From NCBI GenBank assembly GCA_043801115.1, contig JAZDMJ010000006.1, forward strand, positions 1-12,712: a stretch of DNA of 12,712 nucleotides. The letters are read 5' to 3'. Positions 1 to 7,296 of this stretch are shown here, piece after piece; the first letter of the stretch is position 1; each line of letters begins with the position of its first letter. This stretch comes from Candidatus Iainarchaeum sp. Its GTDB lineage: Archaea; Iainarchaeota; Iainarchaeia; Iainarchaeales; UBA10191. The notes beneath the pieces were generated by a model. The model saw only the letters and a list, made by a program, of their open reading frames with translations, ran no database searches and was not told the DNA's origin. The position numbers were made by a program, and so were the translations under genes.

Positions 1-16
1 AGTTTTTCTTGCCCAT
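1..16 (-). CDS. possible first five codons (MGKKN...) of the next operon gene; by conserved order this would be uL22; truncated by the window start
   Basis: ATG at 16..14 on the minus strand lies about 30 nt downstream of the uS19 stop (47-49). The archaeal order ...L2-S19-L22 is established knowledge. Only 16 nt are visible. Confidence 0.2.
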
Positions 17-46
17 ATGATGCCTGTAGTTTCTATGCTTCCCTTA

Positions 47-448
47 CTATCCTCTCGCCGTAATCGCAGTCGAACTCTTCGTGGCCCCGATTCCCGCTTT
101 TCCGTGCCGCAGTCTCTTTCTCGTCATGGAAAATTCTCCCAACACGTGTCCCAGCATTTCCGGAACAATGTCGACGATTTCCCATCCGTTTCCCTTGTAA
201 ATGGCAAACTTGAGTCCGATGAATTTCGGCAGGACGACAAAGTCCCGTTTGTGGGTTCGAATGGTTTTGGGCTCTTTTCCCTTTTTCTTTTCTTCCAATG
301 CTTTGTCCACTTTTTTCAGCAAGGGCTTGTCCGTATAGCGGAGCAGTGTTCTTCGTTCTCTCGAAGAAACGAGTTTGGCAAACTCTTCCACGCTCATGCC
401 CTGCAATTCTTCGACACTCTTTCCCTTGAACGTAAATTCTTTCGCCAT
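47..448 (-). CDS. rps19: 30S ribosomal protein uS19 (S19p/S15e), 133 aa
   Basis: Translation MAKEFTFKGKSVEELQGMSVEEF...GHVLGEFSMTRKRLRHGKAGIGATKSS is a typical archaeal S19. The ATG is at 448..446 and the TAG stop at 49..47. Confidence 0.93.
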   Translation of the reverse strand: MAKEFTFKGKSVEELQGMSVEEFAKLVSSRERRTLLRYTDKPLLKKVDKALEEKKKGKEPKTIRTHKRDFVVLPKFIGLKFAIYKGNGWEIVDIVPEMLGHVLGEFSMTRKRLRHGKAGIGATKSSTAITARG

Positions 449-488
449 TCATTTCACTTCTTAGCCCATTCCGTAGGGCTGGTCCGGC

Positions 489-516
489 GTACGAACTTCG
501 CGATGCTCGTTCGTAC
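489..516 (-). other. 8-bp stem hairpin (GTACGAAC...GTTCGTAC, 12-nt loop) inside the 95-nt uL2-uS19 intercistronic spacer
   Basis: Perfect inverted repeat read from the sequence. The spacer is unusually long for this otherwise overlapping, tightly coupled operon. Confidence 0.4.
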
Positions 517-542
517 TTGCTTCGCAATCGTTTTTCCTTGTG

Positions 543-1247
543 TCATTTCTTCTTCCGTCCTGTTCTTTTGGACGCAATGGCTCCGACTTTTCTTCCCGGA
601 GGCGCGTGCCTGGAAACGCTCTTGGATTTTCCCGCGTGGTGCTGTGACCCTCCAAACGGATGCGATACCGGATTCATGGCTACTCCGCGCGTGTCTGGAT
701 AGGCTTTCTTGCGCGCGTGGTGCCAGTGGTAGGCGTTTCCCGCCTTGACCATGGGCTTTTCGATTCTTCCCCCGCCGGCCGAATTTCCGATTGTGGCTCT
801 GCATCTCGGATCGAGCACCAAACTCTTTCCAGAAGGTAATTTTAACAGCACGCCGTTCCCGTCCTTTCCCATGACAAGTCCGTACATTCCCGAACCGCGC
901 GCGAATACTCCGCCGTCTCCCGGCAATCTTTCAATCACGAAAACAGGACAGCCTTCCGCAATCTGCGAAAGAGGCAGCACGTTTCCCACTTTCAGTTCGG
1001 CTTCTTTTCCCACTACAATCCACTGTCCGACTTTGATTCCTTCCGCGGCCATGACGGCCATTTCCTTTCCGTCTTCCATTTGGATTTCGGCCATGATTCC
1101 CGTATGTCCCGGCTCGCTGTAAATTTCCAATACTTGCCCTCGCAAAGTGCTTTCATTCAATGGAATATAGCACGCTTCCGCTTTTCCGACTCCGGAAGTG
1201 AAGATGGACCCTTTTCCCATTCTGCGCGTTTTGGTTCGTTTTCCCAT
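543..1247 (-). CDS. rpl2: 50S ribosomal protein uL2, 234 aa
   Basis: Carries conserved uL2 motifs (GRNxxGxITxRHRGGGHK-like SGKSLVLDPRCRATIGNSAGGGRIEKP...NPVSHPFGGSQHHAGKS) and a basic C-terminus. The ATG is at 1247 with a GGGGA SD 7 nt upstream. Confidence 0.95.
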   Translation of the reverse strand: MGKRTKTRRMGKGSIFTSGVGKAEACYIPLNESTLRGQVLEIYSEPGHTGIMAEIQMEDGKEMAVMAAEGIKVGQWIVVGKEAELKVGNVLPLSQIAEGCPVFVIERLPGDGGVFARGSGMYGLVMGKDGNGVLLKLPSGKSLVLDPRCRATIGNSAGGGRIEKPMVKAGNAYHWHHARKKAYPDTRGVAMNPVSHPFGGSQHHAGKSKSVSRHAPPGRKVGAIASKRTGRKKK

Positions 1248-1259
1248 TTCAATTCCCCA

Positions 1260-1709
1260 TTACACGATTCCCATTTTGGTTGCCACATCTCTCGCTTTGA
1301 ACTCTTTGGCCAATCGCACGATTGCCTTCTTTCTTCCCTTTGAATCATTCAAGGTTTGCACGTTTTCCACTTTCACCTTGTACGCGTCTTCGACGGCTTT
1401 TTTCACATCAAACTTTGACGCGTTTTTGGCAACAATAAACGACAATTTGTTCTGTCCTTCAATCATGTTGACGGCTTTTTCGGAAACGAGCGGGTGTACT
1501 AATACTTCGCGCGCGTGCATTTGCAACTCCGCGCCCTGCGCGTCCATTTTTTGGACAACGCCGTTCTTGGCAACCGCTTTCGTGTGCGCGGCGTGTGCGG
1601 GTTTGGGCGCGCTCTTTTTTGGAAGCGGAATAAGTGCGCGGGCTTCTTTTTTGGGCGCTTTCTTTTTTTCCGCCTTCTGCTTTTCCTTTTGGGATTTCTT
1701 GTCCGCCAT
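1260..1709 (-). CDS. rpl23: 50S ribosomal protein uL23. The long form is 149 aa from the ATG at 1709, which overlaps the uL4 stop as TAATG. A canonical 86-aa form would start at the ATG at 1520 (MHAREVLVHPLVSEKAV...).
   Basis: The C-terminal 86 aa (HAREVLVHPLVSEKAVNMIEGQNKLSFIVAKNASKFDVKKAVEDAYKVKVENVQTL...KMGIV) is a canonical archaeal L23. The in-frame upstream 63 codons encode a Lys/Ala/Pro-rich segment (MADKKSQKEKQKAEKKKAPKKEARALIPLPKKSAPKP...). Both candidate ATGs have a GGAG SD 8-10 nt upstream. Confidence 0.9.
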   Translation of the reverse strand: MADKKSQKEKQKAEKKKAPKKEARALIPLPKKSAPKPAHAAHTKAVAKNGVVQKMDAQGAELQMHAREVLVHPLVSEKAVNMIEGQNKLSFIVAKNASKFDVKKAVEDAYKVKVENVQTLNDSKGRKKAIVRLAKEFKARDVATKMGIV

Positions 1710-2521
1710 TACGCTCGCTCTCCATTGGGCAGTTCTTTCAAAGAATTTTCCGTGTAAACAGTCAGTCTTCCCGGAACGGCTCCCGGCGCCAAAAGCTCCG
1801 CATTCAATTGCGAGGCCCTGCACACGTCAACGCCTTCCAGATTGCGCGCGGCCTTTTGCAAGTTTTTCGCCGCGTCCGAAATGACAATCAAAACACTCTT
1901 CGCGCGCTTGTGCTTTCTTCCTCTGCTTTTTCCCCTTCCCGCACGCACTTTCTTTTTGTCCTTCGCGCGTTCGACATCTTTTCCCACTTTCAAAAGTTTC
2001 AGCACGTTCAACACTTCTTTCGTCTTCTTCACATTTTCCAATTCGTTCGAAACAATCAATGGAAGTTTGATTTCGCCGAACGAATGGCCTCTCTTTTGCA
2101 CGAATTCGATTTGCCCCGTCGCCGCAATCGCGCTCTGCAACGCTTTTCTCTTCTCTTTTAAGTTTATTTTTTCGCCCAGCACTTTCCAGCTTTCGGGCGA
2201 GTGCGCTTTGGGTCCTTTCACGGTTCCCGGAATTCCCTTGACTTGCCCGTACAGCAAAAACCGTCTGTTTTTTGTGCGCGGCTTTCTGGCCCTTCCCGTA
2301 TTAATGGTTCGCAACGGCATGGGAAAATGCCTCGCTCCCACGTATTGGACAACAGTATTTCTTCCCGCGCGCGGCATGGCGCCGTAAGGGGTGCGCGCGT
2401 TGCTTTGCATGGAAAGAACTGCGCGCTTAATCAAGTTCTCGTCCACTTCCGTGTCAAAGACTTCGGGCAGGGAAATTTCCTTTTCCTTCACGCCCTGCAA
2501 ACTGTACACAATTCCCTTCAT
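1709..2521 (-). CDS. rpl4: 50S ribosomal protein uL4 (L1e family), 270 aa
   Basis: N-terminus MKGIVYSLQGVKEKEISLPEVFDTEVDENLIKRAVLSMQS and the conserved VRAGRGKSRGRKHKRAKSVLIV and LLAPGAVPGRLTVYTE motifs. The ATG at 2521 overlaps the uL3 stop (ATGA), and a GGTGA SD lies 6 nt upstream. Confidence 0.93.
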   Translation of the reverse strand: MKGIVYSLQGVKEKEISLPEVFDTEVDENLIKRAVLSMQSNARTPYGAMPRAGRNTVVQYVGARHFPMPLRTINTGRARKPRTKNRRFLLYGQVKGIPGTVKGPKAHSPESWKVLGEKINLKEKRKALQSAIAATGQIEFVQKRGHSFGEIKLPLIVSNELENVKKTKEVLNVLKLLKVGKDVERAKDKKKVRAGRGKSRGRKHKRAKSVLIVISDAAKNLQKAARNLEGVDVCRASQLNAELLAPGAVPGRLTVYTENSLKELPNGERA

Positions 2522-3498
2522 GCGTTCACCACTTGCAAATCCTGCACTTCAAACTTGTTCGTTCCTCTGCGCATGGGCTGTCTCAGCGCGACCAGTCTTT
2601 TCACGGGGCCCGGCAAACTTCCTGCAATAATCAAGTAAGAGTTTCGCACGTCCCCGTAATGCTCGAATCCGCCCGAGGGAGTGATTCCTTCGGGTTTTTC
2701 CGCAATCTTCAAAATGCGCTTGTTGAATTCCGTGCGCGATTGGTATCCCAGTTGTCCCATTCGGGCAACGGTAAACATGATGGTTGCAGGGTTCCACGGC
2801 CCGTAGGTTCCCGGCTTTCGGTGATATTTGGCCTTGTTTCCGAAAGTTTTGACTCCAAAGCGTTTGACTTCTCCCTGCGTTCCCTTTCCCAGCGAAACCG
2901 CTTTCGCATCGACAAATTGGGTTTCTTTGAAAACGTCTTCGACTTTGATTTCGCCGCCGAATTTTTGCTTGGCGAATTCCCACTGTTGTTCGGGAGTTCC
3001 GCTCAATACAATTTCCGAAACTTCGGGCTTTTTCTTTCCCAGCGAAGTCAAGTGCGGCTGCAAGTGGACTAACAATCTCACTTGAACGAATTCGCTTTTC
3101 CTTTTTTCCAATTCTTCCAAAGAATGCGCTTTTTTCTGCTTTTCAATATTCAAAATCTTTCTACTCAAATGCTTGTCCTTTTTTTCGCTCCACGCTTCTC
3201 CCAGCACGTTGGTTCCGTAATTCGATTTTGCAAACACTCGCACGCCCAATACTTTGACGGGAGGGCATTCCAATATGGTTGAAGGAACGAAAATTTCCTG
3301 GTTGAACGTAGTGCTTTTTTTGTGCACGTTTTTGGCCTGCCCGTGCACCATTCCTGCTTTATATCCCCAAAAATTCAGAATCTTGACTTCTTTTCCGTCC
3401 AGTTTTGGGAAAGTATCAAAGACCGGAGTCTCTTTCTTGGCGCGCTTTTTGGGATAATACGCCATCGACCCTTTTCGCGGAGCGTTTTTTCCAGCCAT
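2518..3498 (-). CDS. rpl3: 50S ribosomal protein uL3, 326 aa
   Basis: MAGKNAPRKGSMAYYPKKRAKK...FWGYKAGMVHGQ...KRFGVKTFGNKAKYHRKPGTYGPWNPATIMFTVARMGQLGYQSRTEFNKRILKI is an archaeal L3. It is the first gene of the L3-L4-L23-L2-S19 block. Confidence 0.95.
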   Translation of the reverse strand: MAGKNAPRKGSMAYYPKKRAKKETPVFDTFPKLDGKEVKILNFWGYKAGMVHGQAKNVHKKSTTFNQEIFVPSTILECPPVKVLGVRVFAKSNYGTNVLGEAWSEKKDKHLSRKILNIEKQKKAHSLEELEKRKSEFVQVRLLVHLQPHLTSLGKKKPEVSEIVLSGTPEQQWEFAKQKFGGEIKVEDVFKETQFVDAKAVSLGKGTQGEVKRFGVKTFGNKAKYHRKPGTYGPWNPATIMFTVARMGQLGYQSRTEFNKRILKIAEKPEGITPSGGFEHYGDVRNSYLIIAGSLPGPVKRLVALRQPMRRGTNKFEVQDLQVVNA

Positions 3499-3699
3499 TT
3501 TTTCATTCCTTCAATCCTTGCATGGCAAGGCCAAGAACACTGCATTGCCTTTTTTTCCAAAAAAGTTTCACGACAGGAGTCGGAAGGCCTTTTTTTGGCG
3601 CGGTTTGGAAACAACAAAAAGTCCGAATTCTGGAGGGAATTTTGGAACTTTTTGAGCACCTCTTGCTTGAAACGGCAATGGTTTGCTCTCTTCTAATAT

Positions 3700-3719
3700 C
3701 CAAAGAAAAAGGTTTTAAA
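3700..3719 (-). terminator. oligo-T tract (CCTTTTTCTTTGG on the minus strand) just downstream of the lipoprotein stop; candidate archaeal terminator
   Basis: The T-rich run begins about 12 nt after the TAG stop at 3727..3725 on the coding strand. Confidence 0.35.
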
Positions 3720-3724
3720 GGGCG

Positions 3725-4237
3725 CTATTGGCGGGGTTCTGCAGTATCTACCAAGTTTTTGAGTTCGGCCAGAACTTGTCGATAAATTTCTGGGCATTTG
3801 TCAATATTGCAACTGACTCCCCAAGCGTATTCCTTGATGGATTTATTTGGCGCGGATTGGACATCAATGATTAACGATTCCCAACCTCGACCTAGCAACT
3901 GGCTTTGGTCAATATAGCTATTATTTAACTTGTAGAATCCGAGCTCTTGAGCTTTTTGAATGAACGCATTCACTTTCGCGCGAGTTGTTTGTTTCTTCCA
4001 AATAATTTGTAACACATTTTGATCTAGTGTTGCCTCTTTGAAATCGATATACGCGTCATTTCCGCCCCGAGCAACACTAATTGTAAGTATATTGACATCA
4101 GGAACGCCCCACTTTTGATACTCGATATTGATGAAATTTTGCTGGTTTTCTAAAGTCGGGTTCGAAACACAACCCGTGACAAATACGACTGCCAAAACCC
4201 CCAAAAGGGTGAAAATTAATAATCGGGCGTTTTTCAC
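3725..4237 (-). CDS. secreted lipoprotein of unknown function, about 170 aa. The start is non-ATG: GTG at 4237 is preferred, TTG at 4240 is also possible.
   Basis: Signal peptide with a lipobox (KNARLLIFTLLGVLAVVFVTGC). There is no in-frame ATG. An AGGGGT SD follows directly after the stomatin stop, 4 nt before the GTG. The gene is visibly AT-rich compared with its neighbours. Confidence 0.6.
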   Translation of the reverse strand: MKNARLLIFTLLGVLAVVFVTGCVSNPTLENQQNFINIEYQKWGVPDVNILTISVARGGNDAYIDFKEATLDQNVLQIIWKKQTTRAKVNAFIQKAQELGFYKLNNSYIDQSQLLGRGWESLIIDVQSAPNKSIKEYAWGVSCNIDKCPEIYRQVLAELKNLVDTAEPRQ

Positions 4238-4247
4238 CAAAACCCCT

Positions 4248-5021
4248 TCATTTGGCCCGTTTTTTCAAAATTCTGTTGAGCGAGGAAAGCGTGTCCATCA
4301 AGTCGACGGGAATGGCAAGTATGACGGTGTTCGAAGGAGAAGGCCCCAGTCCGTCAATAGTTTGAAGGGTTCGCAACTGCATGGCTCCCGGAGTCGTGGC
4401 CATGATTTTGGCCGCCTTGGCCAGGTTTTCTGCGGCCATTCGGTCGCCTTCCGCTTTAATGATAGTGGCTCTCTTTTCCCTTTCCGAGCTCGCTTGTCGG
4501 GACATGAGGCGTTTCAAGTCTTCGGCCATGTCGATGTCCTGCAGTTTGATGTTTTCAATGCGGATTCCCCAATGCGAGGTTTCCGCATTCACTACTTTTT
4601 CAATCTCTTCGCCGATGGTTTCCCTTTTCGACAGCACGTCGTCCAAGGGCATGTTTCCCACCACATCCCTCAACGCGGTCTGCGCGTACTGCGAAACCGC
4701 ATAAATGTAGTCCTGCACTTTGATGATGGCATCTTCCGCCTTTTCCACTCTAAAATACACGACTCCATTGATCATGACGGGAACATTGTCCTTCGTAATC
4801 ACTTGCTGGTTGGGAATATCGAGCGTTAAAATTCGCATGTCGACTTTGCGCACGTGGTCGAAAATGGGAATAATGAAATTCAGTCCGGGATTGAGCGAGT
4901 CCTGGAATTTTCCCAAGCGGAAGCGCACGCCGCGCTCGTACTGCTGGATGATTCGGATGGAAGAGGCAATGAGTGCAAGAATAAAGAGTCCCAGAATCCA
5001 AAGTCCGATTTCCCATGCCAT
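4248..5021 (-). CDS. stomatin/prohibitin-like SPFH (band 7) membrane protein, 257 aa
   Basis: N-terminal hydrophobic hairpin MAWEIGLWILGLFILALIASS followed by IRIIQQYERGVRFRLGKF. An SPFH core and a coiled-coil C-terminus are present. The ATG is at 5021. Confidence 0.88.
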   Translation of the reverse strand: MAWEIGLWILGLFILALIASSIRIIQQYERGVRFRLGKFQDSLNPGLNFIIPIFDHVRKVDMRILTLDIPNQQVITKDNVPVMINGVVYFRVEKAEDAIIKVQDYIYAVSQYAQTALRDVVGNMPLDDVLSKRETIGEEIEKVVNAETSHWGIRIENIKLQDIDMAEDLKRLMSRQASSEREKRATIIKAEGDRMAAENLAKAAKIMATTPGAMQLRTLQTIDGLGPSPSNTVILAIPVDLMDTLSSLNRILKKRAK

Positions 5022-5044
5022 AAAACAATTAAATGGGCAAACAC

Positions 5045-5052
5045 TTTTTAAT
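5045..5052 (-). promoter_or_regulatory. TATA-like box (ATTAAAAA on the minus strand) centred about 27 nt upstream of the stomatin ATG
   Basis: Its spacing is consistent with five other TATA-like boxes in the window, suggesting leaderless transcription. Confidence 0.45.
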
Positions 5053-5054
5053 CA

Positions 5055-5097
5055 TTCCAAAAAAAGAGGAAAAAAGCGCATTTTTACTTGAATGCGC
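5055..5097 (-). terminator. hairpin (7-bp stem GCGCATT/AATGCGC, 8-nt loop) followed by TTTTTTCCTCTTTTTTT on the minus strand
   Basis: The stem lies at 5076-5082 and 5091-5097 and contains the stop codon of the small ORF. The T-tract lies at 5055-5075, just upstream of the stomatin promoter. Confidence 0.55.
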
Positions 5098-5173
5098 TTG
5101 TCACTTGTTTGAAGAGTTTTTGGAAGACGCTCGCATTGCGCGATTTTGCCTTCATTTTCAATTTTCGCTTCAT
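5084..5173 (-). CDS. 29-aa basic small protein (MKRKLKMKAKSRNASVFQKLFKQVTSAFK), function unknown
   Basis: Near-perfect Shine-Dalgarno TAGGAGGTTGAAATC-ATG with a 7-nt spacer, 30 nt after the surface-protein stop. It ends inside the terminator hairpin. It is below the ORF-track length cutoff. Confidence 0.4.
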   Translation of the reverse strand: MKRKLKMKAKSRNASVFQKLFKQVTSAFK

Positions 5174-5205
5174 GATTTCAACCTCCTAAAAAGTTGTCCA
5201 CGAAT

Positions 5206-7296
5206 TTAATGAGAAGCCCAGTTGAGCTTGATGACTTGCGCTTTCGCCTTTTGCTCTTGGCGGTAGTTGTAGAACCCGTACACGAGCAGCAATGCAATGA
5301 CGAGCACGCCCAGCCACAACAGGTTTCCGCCCAGCACGGCAAAAGCGGCTCCAATGGCTTGCGCGAGGCCGTTCGCGTTCGGAGCGAAAGAAATTGTTTT
5401 GGACACTTTTTGGCCGTTCGCGTTGACAAACTGTACAATAGCTGTGCGCGTTTCCGAATTGGCCTTGTCAGGAACAATGCGCACGTTCACGCTGGCGGTT
5501 TTCCCTTCACTCAAGGAAATATTCCGGCTTCCTTCCGCTTTCCATCCGGCAGGGAGCAGGAAAACGATTTCGCCCGTTTGTTCGGCGTTGGAATAGTTTC
5601 CCACAACCACATTCACGTCATAGCTTCCGTCCCAATTGGAAGAAACTTTCGCATTCAATTGCACGTTCAAAGCAGAAGGCTGCGGAGTAGGAGAGGGAGA
5701 AGGCGTCGAAGTTTGAATAATTTTCGTCAACGTGCTTTGCATTCCCTTTTCGGGAACTTGCACGTCGTAAATGACCCACGCGCTCGCGTCTTTCAAATTG
5801 GAAACCGTTACTAGTACATTTTTCACTTCGTTCGCTCCCAGCGCGATAGCAACAGGATCTACAATCACTTGACTTCCGCTCAAGCGAACGACAATAGATT
5901 CGTCGAACTCGTTGACCAACGCCATCCAATAACTTCCGCTCTGGTTCACTTCAAAATTTTCGGGCGCCAATACTTTCACGCTCAAACCGCTCAAATCCTG
6001 CACTCCATTGTCCTGCACGGAAACCGTAAAACTGGGAGAGGCAATGCGGTTGAAAGCGCACGAATTTCCGTCCTGGAAATAGCCCGAAATTTTCAACGCA
6101 ACGGTTCCGCTCCCGTGCTTTCCGTCCAACGCGTTAATTGCAATGTTAAAGCTTCCCTCGCTTTGCGCGTTCACGCGGATGTTCGCGTTTTGAGCGACCG
6201 CGTTGAACAATCCCGAATCCTCTTGTACAATCGCACTGTTGATGGAAAACCACTTGCTTCCATTGTTTTTGACAATAATGGGAACGTATGCGGTTTCTCC
6301 TTCTACAACACTCACATTTTCCGCCTGCACTTCAATGTCCGAACAATTCGTCGGAGTGGAAGTTGTTTCATAGGCGGAAGTCAGGGAGAGCACAGTCGAA
6401 GTGGAAGCCATCGCTTCCTTTACCGCGTTTACAATGTCGGACAGCGAGAAAGCGGAAGAAGTGGTTTGGGTTTGGGGAACTTCCACTTTTGCGGAAGCCG
6501 AAACCGTTTCAACATTTTCCGCCTGCGCTTGGTTTACGATGAACGAAAAATTTTCCCGCGTGTCTTCAAAACCGCATTGCTTTCCCGAAGCGAAATATCC
6601 TTTGACGGCAACGCTCGCGCCGAACATTCCGCTCTTTTCGCTTTCCGCGTTGAATTGGACTTGGGCGGAATCGTTTCCAGTTACTTTCGAATCAAATCCC
6701 GCGCTCCAAATGGAGAGAGAGGGAGAAGCCCATTCTGTTTTTTGAATGTAAAACGTTTCGGGGCTGTTGTTTTCGACGTCAAAACTTTGAGAAGCTGTTT
6801 CGCCAGCGCCCGCGTACACGGTTTGCGTGCGAATGTCGATTTCTCCGCACGAGGGAACGGGTTTTACTTGGGCGACAGTCGGAGAAACAACTGGGTATGT
6901 ATACACGTAAGGGTCAATGGAATTGTAATAAACGGGGCCGTTCCAGTACGCGTTCGGGTAATAGTAGTAATTGTACTGGGAATTGTACCAGTAGCCGTCC
7001 TGCCACGCCCAATACGCATTGGCCGCGAAATAGCTTCCGTTGGAACTGTAATACCATCCCGCGGGATACTCATACCAGGAGTTCAAGTAGGAAAAGCGGA
7101 AGTTGGAAGGGAAATAGTAATAGTCATTGTACGAATAGGCCCAGGGAGAAGCGGCATACGCGTAATAACCATTGTCCCAAGTCTCAAAATACACATTTCC
7201 GGGACCCCAGGCCACGTAAAAATTGTCGGCTGCTTGGACGAAACAGGCCAGGGCGAGAAACGCCACTCCGATGAGTACGAGTTTGGAGAGTTGCAT
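5206..7296 (-). CDS. cell-surface protein, 696 aa. It has a signal peptide, a Tyr/Trp/Asn-rich low-complexity region, tandem Cys-containing beta-sandwich-like repeats, a Pro/Thr/Ser linker, and a C-terminal TM anchor with a basic tail.
   Basis: ATG at 7296 (MQLSKLVLIGVAFLALACFVQA-ADNF); the upstream GTG of the track ORF is rejected. Paralogous repeat ends align: KGYFASGKQCGFEDTRENFSFIV vs ISGYFQDGNSCAFNRIASPSFTV. The linker is TSTPSPSPTPQPS. The C-terminus reads AIGAAFAVLGGNLLWLGVLVIALLLVYGFYNYRQEQKAKAQ. Confidence 0.8.
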   Translation of the reverse strand: MQLSKLVLIGVAFLALACFVQAADNFYVAWGPGNVYFETWDNGYYAYAASPWAYSYNDYYYFPSNFRFSYLNSWYEYPAGWYYSSNGSYFAANAYWAWQDGYWYNSQYNYYYYPNAYWNGPVYYNSIDPYVYTYPVVSPTVAQVKPVPSCGEIDIRTQTVYAGAGETASQSFDVENNSPETFYIQKTEWASPSLSIWSAGFDSKVTGNDSAQVQFNAESEKSGMFGASVAVKGYFASGKQCGFEDTRENFSFIVNQAQAENVETVSASAKVEVPQTQTTSSAFSLSDIVNAVKEAMASTSTVLSLTSAYETTSTPTNCSDIEVQAENVSVVEGETAYVPIIVKNNGSKWFSINSAIVQEDSGLFNAVAQNANIRVNAQSEGSFNIAINALDGKHGSGTVALKISGYFQDGNSCAFNRIASPSFTVSVQDNGVQDLSGLSVKVLAPENFEVNQSGSYWMALVNEFDESIVVRLSGSQVIVDPVAIALGANEVKNVLVTVSNLKDASAWVIYDVQVPEKGMQSTLTKIIQTSTPSPSPTPQPSALNVQLNAKVSSNWDGSYDVNVVVGNYSNAEQTGEIVFLLPAGWKAEGSRNISLSEGKTASVNVRIVPDKANSETRTAIVQFVNANGQKVSKTISFAPNANGLAQAIGAAFAVLGGNLLWLGVLVIALLLVYGFYNYRQEQKAKAQVIKLNWASH

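Noticed and set aside
17-748. 243-aa plus-strand ORF over the uS19/uL2 region, and other small ORFs inside the r-protein genes
   Set aside because: They are antisense to, or out of frame with, canonical ribosomal protein genes.
1710-1823. Upstream part of track ORF 1260..1823 (MQGLAIECGAFG...), which extends uL23 past the uL4 stop
   Set aside because: It would overlap the 3' end of uL4 by 114 nt in another frame and start at a non-ATG codon. The ATG at 1709 (or 1520) with an SD is the plausible start.
1709-2521. Possible 10-15 aa insertion in the uL4 tunnel-loop region (AGRNTVVQYVGARHFPMPLRTINTGRARKPR)
   Set aside because: The judgement relies on recalled reference sequences only and cannot be supported without a real alignment.
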